A DNA stretch of 64,000 bases. Origin: Planctomycetota bacterium (GTDB lineage: Bacteria > Planctomycetota > SZUA-567 > H5-PLA8). Below, in pieces: positions 28,913 to 38,913 of the stretch (the stretch's first letter is position 1; the number at the start of each line of letters is the position of its first letter). The position numbers were made by a program, and so were the translations under genes. The stretch covers positions 122,365 through 186,364 of the forward strand of contig JBBRPR010000013.1 of assembly GCA_038227875.1 (NCBI GenBank), written 5' to 3'. Under the pieces are notes generated by a model, which had not been told where the DNA came from, searched no databases, and worked only from the letters and a program-made list of their open reading frames with translations.

Positions 28913-29013
28913 AGCAGCCCGTTGAAAAAATTTGTTCCGCCAAGTTTCTCCGTGAAACGCCTGGCAGTAAAGGCGTTTCGCGGCGCAGTACAGGAGTTTA
29001 TCTACGGGCTGCT
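28913..29013. mobile_element. 101-bp MITE-like element, copy 1
   Basis: Terminal inverted repeats AGCAGCCCGTTGAAAAA / TTTATCTACGGGCTGCT; homologous to 49742-49842. Confidence 0.7.
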
Positions 29014-29019
29014 GTGCGC

Positions 29020-31356
29020 TCAGCTTCCCTTCGTTTTTCGCTTGGACTCGCGCGGCGCTCCGCGCTCCTTCGAAACTTCGTCGGTGTAGTGCATGATCAT
29101 CGATTCCATGTCGCGGTGCTGCAGAATCGTGGCGAAGTAAGGATGCGCGAAATCGTACTGCCCTTCACGCTCTTCGAACACCGCATAAAGCACCAGCCGG
29201 TCGAGAATCCGCGTGACTTCCTCCAGCGAGATGTTGACTTCCCAATCGCCCAGCAGATCGGCCACCTGCTGCGCGGAGAGCGGCCGGATGTTCTGCCACG
29301 CGACCAGCAGCAACAGCAGCTTCTCGGTCGGGCGGATGAGATTGGAATTCATCACACGCACGATCGCTTCTTCGAAATCCGGATGCCGCGCCGTCTCCTC
29401 GACGTCGCTGGCCAGGATCGTGCGCCGTTTGCGCTGCGCCAGCCGCTTGACCAGCAGGTCCGAGAAAATCTGAATGATGTTCGGATGCGTGCTGGTCTTT
29501 TCCAGGATCGCCGCGACCAGCGTATCCTGGTCCTCAAACGTCAATCCCAGCTCCAGCATCGGCGTGGTCACCAGCGACACGGCGCTCTGCCGGTCCAGGT
29601 ACGAGAGCTTGCGGAAGATCAGGAAGTTAAAGAAGAGCGATTCGTAGTCGCGGAATCGCGCAAACAGTTCACTGAAGCCGGCGACGTAAATCGTCATCCG
29701 ACCCTCAAAGCTCAGCGACTTGAAAATCTGCATCAGCGGCTCAGCGCCCTTGCCGATCGCGACGAAGTCGTCGATCTCGTCGAAGAAGCAATAGAGTTCC
29801 TTCCCCGACGAATCCAGCCAGCGGCGCAACGCGCGTTCGAAATCGGCGAGCACGAAATTCAACGGCAGCTGGAGTTTCAGCGCAAAGGCCACGCGTTCGG
29901 CCAGAGCCAGCGCATCGGTGACGCCGCCGCACTCCAGGAAAATCGTTTCCGCGCGCGGGCGCTTCTTGATTTCGTCCTGGAGACGGAAGAGCAGCGAGGT
30001 TTTGCCGAGGCGGCGCGTGCCGACCAGCGCGTAGCCCTTCGGCGAGCGCAGGATTTCCTTGAGCAGACCTTCGCGGCCGTAGAACATCTCGCGCACCGGC
30101 GCCTGCGATTCGTACGGGGAGAGACTTTCCAGGTCGCAACCGTCGAGCACCGGCTTCATGAACGCGGTGTCGGGCTCCTTCGACAGCGCCACCTGGAACA
30201 TGTCGCTTTCTTCCAGCACCACGATGTCGTGCCCGGATTGCGCCGCCTCTTCGCGCAACCGCGAACGGTTGGAGCGCATCGTCAGGATCACGAAGATCTT
30301 CTGCGTGAAGCTCTCGCGCAGGATCCACTCGTCCAGCCGCGCGATGGCGTTGGCGTCCAGATCGTGGCGGCGCGGCAGCAGCAACGTCAGCTGCGAGAGC
30401 TTCATGTTGCGCAGGCCCAATTTTCGTCCGGCGAAATAAAGGAAGTCGTCGGTCTGGCCGCTCTGCTGCAGTTCGAAGCGGATGCGGCCGGTGAGATCGT
30501 GGATGATCGGTTCTGCCGCGCGGGCCAGGTCCTTGGTGGTCGGGTGCGTCTGCATCACGCGCCGCCATTCCTGGAGCAACCCGATGAACGCTTCGCGATT
30601 CTTCCAGACGTTCGCGTCGAGACCGAAGCAATCCAGCCAGTGAGCCATGGAGATCTGCTTGCTGCGCTTGATGGCGCTGCCCAGCGCCAAAAAATTATCG
30701 AACGAGAGCAGCCCGATGAATTCGTGCGCGTGTTCGCGGATCAGCTGCGGAATGTCGCCGAAATGGACCACGTGTTTGCGGTCCTGCTCGTCTGAGAACT
30801 GATAACGCCCGTCCGCATCGCGGCGCAGAAGCTGCGTTTCGACGAAGCCGTCGAGCTTCAGGCGCACTTCGATTTCCGGCAGCAGCGGTTCGAAGATGCC
30901 CAGCGCGCCATTGATTTCCCGCAGCGAACGCGGCCCCGGTTCGCCCGCTCCGGCACTGGAACCCAGCGCGCGCAGAATGACTTTTTCGGCGAGGCTCAGC
31001 TTCTTCCACAGCCCCGAGACCCGCGTGGTGATCGACGCCGTGAGCTTCTCCGCGTCGCGGTCCCAGCCCCGCGAATACTCCAGCAGCCGTTCGAGAATCT
31101 GCGTGCGCGCCGCCGGTTCGCGGTTGGCGAGTTTGGTCAGCGACGAGACCAGCGAGTTGCGAATGTCCGGGCTGCTCAGCGCGCCCATGCGGTCGTAAAC
31201 GGAAAATGTATGGGCCAGATCCAGCGGCTGATGCCCCTGGATGAACCGCAGCGCATCGAGGCACAGATCAATGCGCCCCGACTCCGCGATCCCCTGCAGC
31301 ATCCACCACATCTGCTCCAGGCGCCCTTCCCGCTGCGCCTGTCGCACGAGATTCAT
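29020..31356 (-). CDS. STAND-like/AAA P-loop ATPase with large N-terminal region and C-terminal winged helix
   Basis: SPYE..FYGRE, GTRRLGKTS, FFDEID, THPNIIQ; start set at MNLVRQ because the longer ORF begins inside a repeat. Confidence 0.8.
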   Translation of the reverse strand: MNLVRQAQREGRLEQMWWMLQGIAESGRIDLCLDALRFIQGHQPLDLAHTFSVYDRMGALSSPDIRNSLVSSLTKLANREPAARTQILERLLEYSRGWDRDAEKLTASITTRVSGLWKKLSLAEKVILRALGSSAGAGEPGPRSLREINGALGIFEPLLPEIEVRLKLDGFVETQLLRRDADGRYQFSDEQDRKHVVHFGDIPQLIREHAHEFIGLLSFDNFLALGSAIKRSKQISMAHWLDCFGLDANVWKNREAFIGLLQEWRRVMQTHPTTKDLARAAEPIIHDLTGRIRFELQQSGQTDDFLYFAGRKLGLRNMKLSQLTLLLPRRHDLDANAIARLDEWILRESFTQKIFVILTMRSNRSRLREEAAQSGHDIVVLEESDMFQVALSKEPDTAFMKPVLDGCDLESLSPYESQAPVREMFYGREGLLKEILRSPKGYALVGTRRLGKTSLLFRLQDEIKKRPRAETIFLECGGVTDALALAERVAFALKLQLPLNFVLADFERALRRWLDSSGKELYCFFDEIDDFVAIGKGAEPLMQIFKSLSFEGRMTIYVAGFSELFARFRDYESLFFNFLIFRKLSYLDRQSAVSLVTTPMLELGLTFEDQDTLVAAILEKTSTHPNIIQIFSDLLVKRLAQRKRRTILASDVEETARHPDFEEAIVRVMNSNLIRPTEKLLLLLVAWQNIRPLSAQQVADLLGDWEVNISLEEVTRILDRLVLYAVFEEREGQYDFAHPYFATILQHRDMESMIMHYTDEVSKERGAPRESKRKTKGS

Positions 31357-31431
31357 ATCGAAGTCTGTGGGCGAGGTGGTCACGGGTGTTGAGTGTAGCA
31401 AGTCTTTTGGGGATTGGAAGGCGGGACGGAC

Positions 31432-31728
31432 GAACGGATGGGATCGGGGATCGGGCATCAGGCATCCGTAAATGGGTGAGTACTGTTATGAAATCAACGC
31501 GCAGTTTGGAAGTCGTGACCGCCACAATTGCGGGTAGAGGGTCAGATTCAAAGTAATCGGGATGATTTGGAATTCGGACTCCAATACGACGGTGCTTGGG
31601 TGCCTGCTGACAATCACAGGTCAATATATTTTGGATTCAAACTGACCCGCCCCCACCTGCGCACTATCTTAACGCAGCGCACACCAACTGACCGATGCCA
31701 GATGCCCGATCCCCGATCCCATCCGTTC
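31432..31728. repeat. Inverted-repeat element with GATCGGG/CATCGGG heptamer arms, copy 1
   Basis: 35-bp arms 31432-31466 and 31694-31728 with one mismatch. Confidence 0.85.
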
Positions 31729-32845
31729 ACTCCTTCGACTCCGGCACTCCGACCAGCTTCAACACGCTCGGCGGCGGGTCCTTTTCGAGGACTTCGATGT
31801 ACGCGTCGCGTTTCAGTTTTTCGAAGAGTTCCTTCTTGCGGGCTTTGAGTTGCTCCTGGAGGCAGAGGCCTTCGGCTTTCTCAGACGCTTGTTCAAAAGT
31901 CTGCGTCGCGGCGGCGCGGTAGCCGACGCGCTGGACGATCACGAACCAGTCGCCGACGTCGATGGGCTGCGACAACTCGCCGTCTTTCAAACCCTGGGCG
32001 ATCTTCTCCTCGCCGGGAAAGCAACCAGACGGCAGTTCGGTTTTGCTGCCGCGGGAGAGCAAGCCGCCCTGCTTGGCAAATTGCGGATCGTCGCTGACCT
32101 TCACGGCGATGTCGGCGAAGCTGGCGCCGGAGTTGATCTTGTCACGCACGAGCTTGGCTTTCTCGAGCGCGATCTCCGGCGTCGAAGATTCGGCCTTGGG
32201 AATGCGGATACGGCGGAGTTGCCACGCGTCCTCCTCGTGGAACTGCTCGGGGTGTTTTTCGAAATAGGCCTTCGCGGCGGCGGGCGAATTCACCAGCGCG
32301 CCCAGGCGCATCGACAGCACGTAACGGCGGAAGAGTTCGCGGGAGAGACCCTTTTCCCATTCGTCAAGCGTTTGGCCGCGGCGCTTCAGGGCGGCTTTCA
32401 GTTCTTCCTCGCCACCGGCGGCAGAGATCAGTTCGCGGCGCAGGCGGCGGATTTCATCGGCTTCCTGGCGCGTGAAATAGTCGATCGCCTGTTGCGCACT
32501 GAGTTCCTGACCGGAGCGCGAGACGAAGTACTTGATGATGTCCTTGCGCGTCTTGTCGGCGAGCATGTCGATGATCTTGTCCTGCGTGGCGGTGTCGAGC
32601 GCCTCGGTCCACGCGCGCTGAACTTCCTTCTGCAACGCCGCCGGTGTGAGCATGCCGGCTTTAAGTTTGTCCTGGATCAGTTTGTAGCTGTCGGAAAAGA
32701 CGAGCTGCACTTCGCGGATGCTGACGATGTCCGTGTCGATTTTGACGGCCGGTGCGTTGAACGTGCCGCCACTGCCCGGCGACGCCGCGTGCGTGAGTGT
32801 CGTGGCGCAGCACAGAATTACAGCAGCAAGCCAACCGCTTTTCAT
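31727..32845 (-). CDS. SurA/PpiC-type peptidyl-prolyl isomerase chaperone
   Basis: Signal peptide; AVKIDTDIVS N-domain; SFADIAVKVSDD..GGLL, GELSQPI. Confidence 0.85.
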   Translation of the reverse strand: MKSGWLAAVILCCATTLTHAASPGSGGTFNAPAVKIDTDIVSIREVQLVFSDSYKLIQDKLKAGMLTPAALQKEVQRAWTEALDTATQDKIIDMLADKTRKDIIKYFVSRSGQELSAQQAIDYFTRQEADEIRRLRRELISAAGGEEELKAALKRRGQTLDEWEKGLSRELFRRYVLSMRLGALVNSPAAAKAYFEKHPEQFHEEDAWQLRRIRIPKAESSTPEIALEKAKLVRDKINSGASFADIAVKVSDDPQFAKQGGLLSRGSKTELPSGCFPGEEKIAQGLKDGELSQPIDVGDWFVIVQRVGYRAAATQTFEQASEKAEGLCLQEQLKARKKELFEKLKRDAYIEVLEKDPPPSVLKLVGVPESKE

Positions 32846-32882
32846 CACATCCGCTCCAATAGAATAGACTGGATTGCGATCT

Positions 32883-35800
32883 TCATTTCTTGGGACCCGT
32901 TCCGTTGGGACCATTCGGCGCGACAGGAATCAAGGGCGCGTCGGGTGGCGGATTGAGCATCAATTCCAGCGACTCCTTGGGCGAGATGCCCTTGTCGATA
33001 TAATTGAGCGTCTTCTTCAAGCTCGTCGGCAATCCTGGAATGCGTTCGATGATCATCTCGCCTTGAATGTGGCTGCCAGTGGTGCCGGGCAGACCGGCGC
33101 CCATGCGGTCGGCCAGCTTCGCGGCGTTTTCGTGGTCTTCCGGCAACGGCCAGTTGCGCAGGAAATTCTGGCGGCCCGTGTCGAGCGCGGTGAGGTCCTC
33201 CATCGACTTCAACCCAAACAACGCCTGCCGCGCTTCGTCGCGGACATCGGCCCACGGGAATTTCAGCGTCGGCGTTGCCGCGGTACCGGCGATCTTCAAC
33301 GGAATATCGCCTTTGGCCATGCGCGCAAAGTACGCATTGGACTGCACCGCCCAATTGGCAATGGACAGCCGCGCCCGGGCGCTCTGCGGCAGGGTGGTCG
33401 GATAGACAGACGTCTCGGCCAGCGTTTCATCGGTCAAAATCACGCCTAAATTTGCGACGCGCAGATCCAGGCCGCTGGTGTCGCCCTTGCCGGTCATCTG
33501 GAAGGGTTGCGCCGACGCCACGCCCTGGCGGATCACCACGGTGACCGTGACGGGGTCGAACTCCCAGTGTTCCTGCTCGAAGCCAAACGCCTTGGAAAGA
33601 TACGCATCGAGCCCCACCAGCAGACCGTTGACGTTGCGAATCGGGCCGGACGCGACGAGATCGGCGTTGGCGGCGTCGCTGCTGACGGCATCGTGGCCGG
33701 CGGCCAGCGCATACGCGTTGGCAAATTTGTCGCCGCCGTTGAGGTAGGAACTCTGCCATGCCGGCAGCGCGTCGGCCTTCGCGAGCTGGGCGGCGGGGAT
33801 GCGTTTGACGGCGAGGTTCGAGAATCTGAATTTCATGCCGCCATTCCAGGTCAGGCGGTTTTCCAGATCGAAATCGGAGCCCTGCAGAGTCCCCTGCATT
33901 TCGGCGCGGCCGCTGACGGCGTAGCCGCCCTTCGGTTCGCCCAGTCCGAGCACCGCATTGAGATCGGCGTCGAGCAACTTGAGCTGTTCGTGGTGTTCGA
34001 CGCCGCGCACGGCCAGTTCGCCATTCGTGTTGAGCAGCCGCGCTTTGGTCAGATCGCAGTCGGCATCGCTGAAGGTCAGCTTGCCGCCAAAGAGCGAAAC
34101 GGTGAGCACCGGGTACGAAATTTTGAGATTCTTCCACGTGAATTCCGGCAGTTCGACAAACGAATGGGTGGTGTGTCCGGCGATCAGCGCCGGTGCCTTG
34201 AGGCTGCCGCTCACGGCCAGTTGGTTCAGCGCCGCGAATTTCCGTTCCGCATTCTCCGCGATCGGCGGCGTCAGGCCGACCATGCTGAAGAGATGATCGT
34301 GCGCGCGGAAGAGCGCGTTGACGTTCAGCGGCGTGCTGAAGCTGACCGGCAGACTGATGTCCAGCGGCATCCCCGGCGCGCGGAAGGCGCGGGCAAGGCT
34401 GAGCTTGGCGTCGAGCGAATTGACGTGGAGATTGGGCATCGTAAACGACTGCTTCACCGCGCCGCCGGGCTGCAGGCAGTCGACGTCGGCGGTGAGTTCC
34501 TTCCAGATCAGATCGCGTCCGGTCAGGTGGAGCGTGCCGCCGAGCGCGGCCTTCACGCCGTTCTCGTCGGTGCCCAGCGCGAGGCTGACATCCTTCAATT
34601 GCGCGTCGAGTTCCAGCGAGTCGGCTTCGGGGTTGAGCCCCTTCAGCCGCGGGTCGTCGGGCTTAAGTTCAGGGAATTTGGCGGCGAGTTCCGTCGGCGA
34701 CAGGAATGAATTCTGGAACGCGATCAAGCTGCCGCGGTAGAAGAGATCGGCGTCCTTGAGCGCGCCCTTGACGTGCAGGTCGGGCGTGAAGTTGAGGATC
34801 GACGCGAGGTAATTCAAGTCGGCGTCGACGGAATGGATGTGCATGTCGAGCCGGTCGGCGACGGGGTCGTACTGCAGGTTGCTGGCGCTGCACGGCAGCG
34901 GGCCGCCGGCGACGAGCAGCTCGTTGATCTTGAAGTTGCCGGGCTGCTGCTGGGTGATGTCGACGTCAAAGCCGGTCAACGCGAGGGTCAGTGGCTGGCC
35001 CTTCAATTCCAGGCTGCCGACGTGGGCCAGCGCATGGCGGCCGTGCGAGTAGAGGCAGTCCTTCAATTGCAGCTCACACTTTTCTTTCGCGGGCTTTTTG
35101 TATTCGTACTTCAAGGCCGGGATCTGCGCATTGATGAAGGCGTTGTCGAAGAGCAGGTTGCCGTTCATCGCCACGGTGTTGTCGGCGGCCAGCGCCAGGC
35201 CCATCTTCAATTCCCAATCGTGGCTGAAGTTGAAGACCGCCGGCCGTTGCGCGCCGGGTTTGGGTTCTGCGCCGTAGACGGTGAAGTCGTTGCGCAGGCG
35301 TCCGCCGAGCAACTTCCACGTGCGGATTTTCGGATCGCCGATGCGCGAGAGCTGCAATCCGACCGCTGACCACGTGCCTTCCGGCTGCCAGTCGCGGCGG
35401 ATCAGGCTGGCGATCAGCGCCGGCGGCGGATGGTTGGGCTGCGGCTTGCGGTAGTCCTTGCAGAGCCATTCGACCAGCGGGCGCGATTCGACCTGCAACG
35501 ATTTCACGGTCAGATTGTCGCCCAGATGATCGAGCAGCGCCGCCGGGCCGCCGTCGTCGATCAGCGCGGAAAGGTTCTCGGTGAACGGCGGCGCGCCGTC
35601 GGCGACGGGAAGCAGCCGTGCGGAGAGCTCGCGCACTTTCAAGACCGCGCCGGTGACGTCGAGGCCGCTGAGGAAGAAATCGGGCTTCTCCTTGAGCTGC
35701 TTGAAATCAAAATTCTGCAGGTCGAGCGTGTCCTTCTCGCGGTCGTAGGCGATCTGGAGGACGAGGTTGCCGGAGACTGGATATTCCGGCGGAATGATGT

Positions 35801-38651
35801 TGAGCGTGCGCAGAAAATCGTACGCCGGCGGATTGACCTGCCCGGCCATGGTCAGTCCGGCGAGCGTGTCGGTCCAGGTCTGATCTTTAAAGACGCTCAA
35901 GTTGGCGAGCTTGAAGATGTCGAAGTCTCTCATTGAAACATTGAACTTGCCCAGGCTGCCTTCCACGTTCAGCGCATCGATGTTCAAGCGCTGAACGTCG
36001 GGCTCTTCCTTGGTGCCGCTCTGGCGCTGCAGGAACGTGCCCTTCACGCTGACCGAGGCGTGATCCTCGGCCCAGCTCCAGCGGCCTTCGGTAAAGGTGC
36101 CGGGCGCGCCGTGATCGTCGGCCGGGCGCGCACCCTTGTAGGGCATCTCGATTTTGAAATCCTTGCCGGCGATGTTCATTTCGAAATCGATGCGGTTGTT
36201 GTCCTTGCTCTTGGGATCGAGCACGCGCTGCAGGCTGACGCGGCCGGATGGCTTGAGTGAACCGTTGAGCACGGTGTCGCGGTAGAAGCGGATGATGCGG
36301 CCGTCGTGGTCCTTCTGCAGCGCGTCGTAGTTGGCGAGGTACGATTCGATATACGGATTGAAGCGCTCGCGCAGCGCGGCGACGTCGAAGGAATCGGGAT
36401 GCTCGGGATCCTTGTCGTAGGTGCCCAGTCCAATTGTCTCGGTTTTGTCGTCGCGGGTACAGTCGGCCTTGAGATGGACGTTGAGCGGCTTGCCGACTTT
36501 CGATGCGACTTCCAGATAGAGCGATAGGTAGGGTTGCTGCTTGCCGTTCACCAATTTCGGGTGCGGATAGATGTCGAGCACGCTGATCAGTTCGACCGGC
36601 GAAGGGTCGTCGGGTTTCCACTGCCGCGCGGCGGTGCCGTTGGCGGCGATGGAGATCTGATCGCCCTTGCCGGAGAGCAGCACGACCAGGTTCAGCTGCT
36701 CCTGCGGCACGCTGTAGCCGAAGAGCTTGAGCATCGGCGCGAAGTTCTGCGAGAACTGCTGGCCGTTGAGATCAAGCTTGAATTTCGCGCCGGCATTCAA
36801 TGCGCCGGCGGCATCCCAGAAAATGTCGACCGGCACCAGGCTGTCGGCGCGGATCGACGGGGCGCTGAAGCCGAAGTTGTCGACCAGCGCGTGGGTATAA
36901 TGGCCGTTCTCACCCGGCTGCGCATTGGCGCGGCAGTTGAAGTTTATCGGCAGTTCCTGGCGGATGCGTTTGCGCTTCTCCGTCGGCAGCTTCTCCGCGG
37001 CCGGGTCGTCGATCATCACGTAGCTGTCTTCGCTGTTGAGTTTGACGTCGATGTTCAGGCTGCCGTTTTCGGAGAAGAGCGTGGCCTTGCCTTTGAGCAG
37101 CCCGCCGAAGCGGCCTTCCAGACCGAGGCGCTGGCCGACGTCCGTATCGAGCAGTTGCTCAGCCTGGCAGACCAGGTCGCCGGTGTAGTTGATGCCGCCG
37201 GCCACGTTGGTGCGGCCAAAGACGCGCAGTTTCAGAAAGCTGTCGCCGGTGGTGTTGGGCTTGGGTCCGCAGCGGAGGGTCACGTCGACGTCCTGCGGCA
37301 AAAATCCCTGTCCCGCGTTGAGCGACTTGACCGTGAAGTCGAGGCTCATGGGAATGTTGCCCAGCGGCGGCTGGTTGTTGGCGATGTCGACGATCGAGAC
37401 CAGGCTTTCGCTTTTGACGTTACCGTTGAGGGTCAAGTGCTGCGGGTCGGCCAGCGCGAGCGTGATCTGCCCGCTGTACGGTTTGCCCGGGACGACTTTG
37501 ATGTCCTTGTTGTACGGCTCCCACGCGTAGCCAAAATGTTCGGAAAGACGGGCGACATCGAAGTCCACCAGGTCGAGCTGCAGCTTCTCGGTGGAGAGCT
37601 TGGAGAAGTCGATGGCGCAGGACGCGTCGAGCAGATTCAAGCGGCCGGAGAGGGAGAGTTTGCCTTCACGGCTGAGCGCCGGGGTGGCGCCTTCGCGGGC
37701 GTCGAATTTCACGATTTCCAGCGGCTGGCCGGGACCCGGCTGCTTGAGGACGACGTTGACGTTCTGCAGCCATTCACCGGTGCCGTGGACGTTGTCGCTG
37801 AGGCGGATGGTGCCGTCGTTGATGGTCAGCATGAAGCTGAGCTTCTCGAGGCCCAGATCCCCGCCGCCTCCGCCGTTGGCGGTGGACCGCGCGATGCGTT
37901 CGCTGATGCTCTTCAGGATGTCATCGATGTTGAGCGTGCCGCCGTGGAGGCGCTCGAGGTTGATCTCGGGACGGTTGACGACGATGTTGAGGTCGGTGTA
38001 CTCCTTGAACCCGCTGCGCAGGAGCGGCCAGACGGCCATCTTCGCGGTGAGACTGGGGATCAGAATGAACGCCGAATCGGCGGAGCCGACGTAGCGGTCC
38101 TTGATGCGGATCTGGCGGATTTCCAGCTCGCCCTGAAACGGCCGGACGACGATGGTCTCTTCGCCGGGTTCGTCTTCGCGCAGCAGGACCTTGGCGATCT
38201 GCTTGGAGATTTTGAGCTTGAGACGGCTTTCGTCGAGGATCACCCACGTCAGCACGGCATAGGCAACCGCCAGCAGCACGGCGACGATGCCAACGCCCCA
38301 GAGCGTGCGCTGAAACCAGCGCCGCCTGATTAGAGAGGGTTTGCGTTCCAGGCCGGCGAGAAGACGCATCTGGACGTGGCCGAGAGAAAGTTCCTGGCCG
38401 CCGATCAGGTTGGTCGGGCCATTGAGTGGTTTGCCGTTGATGGCGATGGTGGCGGCGTCGGCACTGGAGGAGCTGCTGATGTCGGCCGGCCGGATCAGGA
38501 CTTTCTCGCCGTCGCTGCTCAAGTAAGCGTGAACGGGTAACACGCCATCACCGCGAATGCAGATCTGGCATGCCGCGTCGCTCCCGATGCGGCTTTCGCC
38601 GGCGGGTACCGCGAACGAACCTTGAGATCCGACCAGTACGAATTGCTGCAT
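32883..38651 (-). CDS. 1922-aa protein: N-terminal FHA-like domain, single TM, AsmA-like periplasmic body
   Basis: RIGSDAACQICIRGDGVLPVHA..INGKPL..GQELSLG; TM; VNRPEINLERLHGGTLNIDDIL; IPLKIAGTAATP. Confidence 0.7.
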   Translation of the reverse strand: MQQFVLVGSQGSFAVPAGESRIGSDAACQICIRGDGVLPVHAYLSSDGEKVLIRPADISSSSSADAATIAINGKPLNGPTNLIGGQELSLGHVQMRLLAGLERKPSLIRRRWFQRTLWGVGIVAVLLAVAYAVLTWVILDESRLKLKISKQIAKVLLREDEPGEETIVVRPFQGELEIRQIRIKDRYVGSADSAFILIPSLTAKMAVWPLLRSGFKEYTDLNIVVNRPEINLERLHGGTLNIDDILKSISERIARSTANGGGGGDLGLEKLSFMLTINDGTIRLSDNVHGTGEWLQNVNVVLKQPGPGQPLEIVKFDAREGATPALSREGKLSLSGRLNLLDASCAIDFSKLSTEKLQLDLVDFDVARLSEHFGYAWEPYNKDIKVVPGKPYSGQITLALADPQHLTLNGNVKSESLVSIVDIANNQPPLGNIPMSLDFTVKSLNAGQGFLPQDVDVTLRCGPKPNTTGDSFLKLRVFGRTNVAGGINYTGDLVCQAEQLLDTDVGQRLGLEGRFGGLLKGKATLFSENGSLNIDVKLNSEDSYVMIDDPAAEKLPTEKRKRIRQELPINFNCRANAQPGENGHYTHALVDNFGFSAPSIRADSLVPVDIFWDAAGALNAGAKFKLDLNGQQFSQNFAPMLKLFGYSVPQEQLNLVVLLSGKGDQISIAANGTAARQWKPDDPSPVELISVLDIYPHPKLVNGKQQPYLSLYLEVASKVGKPLNVHLKADCTRDDKTETIGLGTYDKDPEHPDSFDVAALRERFNPYIESYLANYDALQKDHDGRIIRFYRDTVLNGSLKPSGRVSLQRVLDPKSKDNNRIDFEMNIAGKDFKIEMPYKGARPADDHGAPGTFTEGRWSWAEDHASVSVKGTFLQRQSGTKEEPDVQRLNIDALNVEGSLGKFNVSMRDFDIFKLANLSVFKDQTWTDTLAGLTMAGQVNPPAYDFLRTLNIIPPEYPVSGNLVLQIAYDREKDTLDLQNFDFKQLKEKPDFFLSGLDVTGAVLKVRELSARLLPVADGAPPFTENLSALIDDGGPAALLDHLGDNLTVKSLQVESRPLVEWLCKDYRKPQPNHPPPALIASLIRRDWQPEGTWSAVGLQLSRIGDPKIRTWKLLGGRLRNDFTVYGAEPKPGAQRPAVFNFSHDWELKMGLALAADNTVAMNGNLLFDNAFINAQIPALKYEYKKPAKEKCELQLKDCLYSHGRHALAHVGSLELKGQPLTLALTGFDVDITQQQPGNFKINELLVAGGPLPCSASNLQYDPVADRLDMHIHSVDADLNYLASILNFTPDLHVKGALKDADLFYRGSLIAFQNSFLSPTELAAKFPELKPDDPRLKGLNPEADSLELDAQLKDVSLALGTDENGVKAALGGTLHLTGRDLIWKELTADVDCLQPGGAVKQSFTMPNLHVNSLDAKLSLARAFRAPGMPLDISLPVSFSTPLNVNALFRAHDHLFSMVGLTPPIAENAERKFAALNQLAVSGSLKAPALIAGHTTHSFVELPEFTWKNLKISYPVLTVSLFGGKLTFSDADCDLTKARLLNTNGELAVRGVEHHEQLKLLDADLNAVLGLGEPKGGYAVSGRAEMQGTLQGSDFDLENRLTWNGGMKFRFSNLAVKRIPAAQLAKADALPAWQSSYLNGGDKFANAYALAAGHDAVSSDAANADLVASGPIRNVNGLLVGLDAYLSKAFGFEQEHWEFDPVTVTVVIRQGVASAQPFQMTGKGDTSGLDLRVANLGVILTDETLAETSVYPTTLPQSARARLSIANWAVQSNAYFARMAKGDIPLKIAGTAATPTLKFPWADVRDEARQALFGLKSMEDLTALDTGRQNFLRNWPLPEDHENAAKLADRMGAGLPGTTGSHIQGEMIIERIPGLPTSLKKTLNYIDKGISPKESLELMLNPPPDAPLIPVAPNGPNGTGPKK

Positions 38652-38913
38652 GCTTTACGGCCAGACAGCGTCGGTCGAGCACGCCGTATCCAAGTTGCAA
38701 TCGAGCTTCAAAATGCCAGCTTCAAAACTAATGGAGCACGGTAAAAATCAGTAACCTTTTAAGGACATTGAATTCCCCAAATCTAGCTCTCCGCCGTCGC
38801 GCTTCAACGTGCGAGTGCGAAAACCGAAATATTTCTGGTTTCGTGTCGCGAATAGAGCTAGTCAATGTGACGCCTGGAAACGATCTGCCTTCATTCTACT
38901 TCTGCGAATTTCG

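Noticed and set aside
29014..30795. 593-aa plus-strand ORF
   Set aside because: Antisense to the ATPase, which carries the clear motifs.
31357..31458. MPDPRSHP N-terminus of the 812-aa ORF (also seen at 31695 and, reversed, at 52858)
   Set aside because: Translation of the heptamer repeat element, not real coding sequence.
33507..38333. Long plus-strand ORFs (400 and 599 aa) opposite the FHA-AsmA gene
   Set aside because: Antisense shadows with no recognisable domains.
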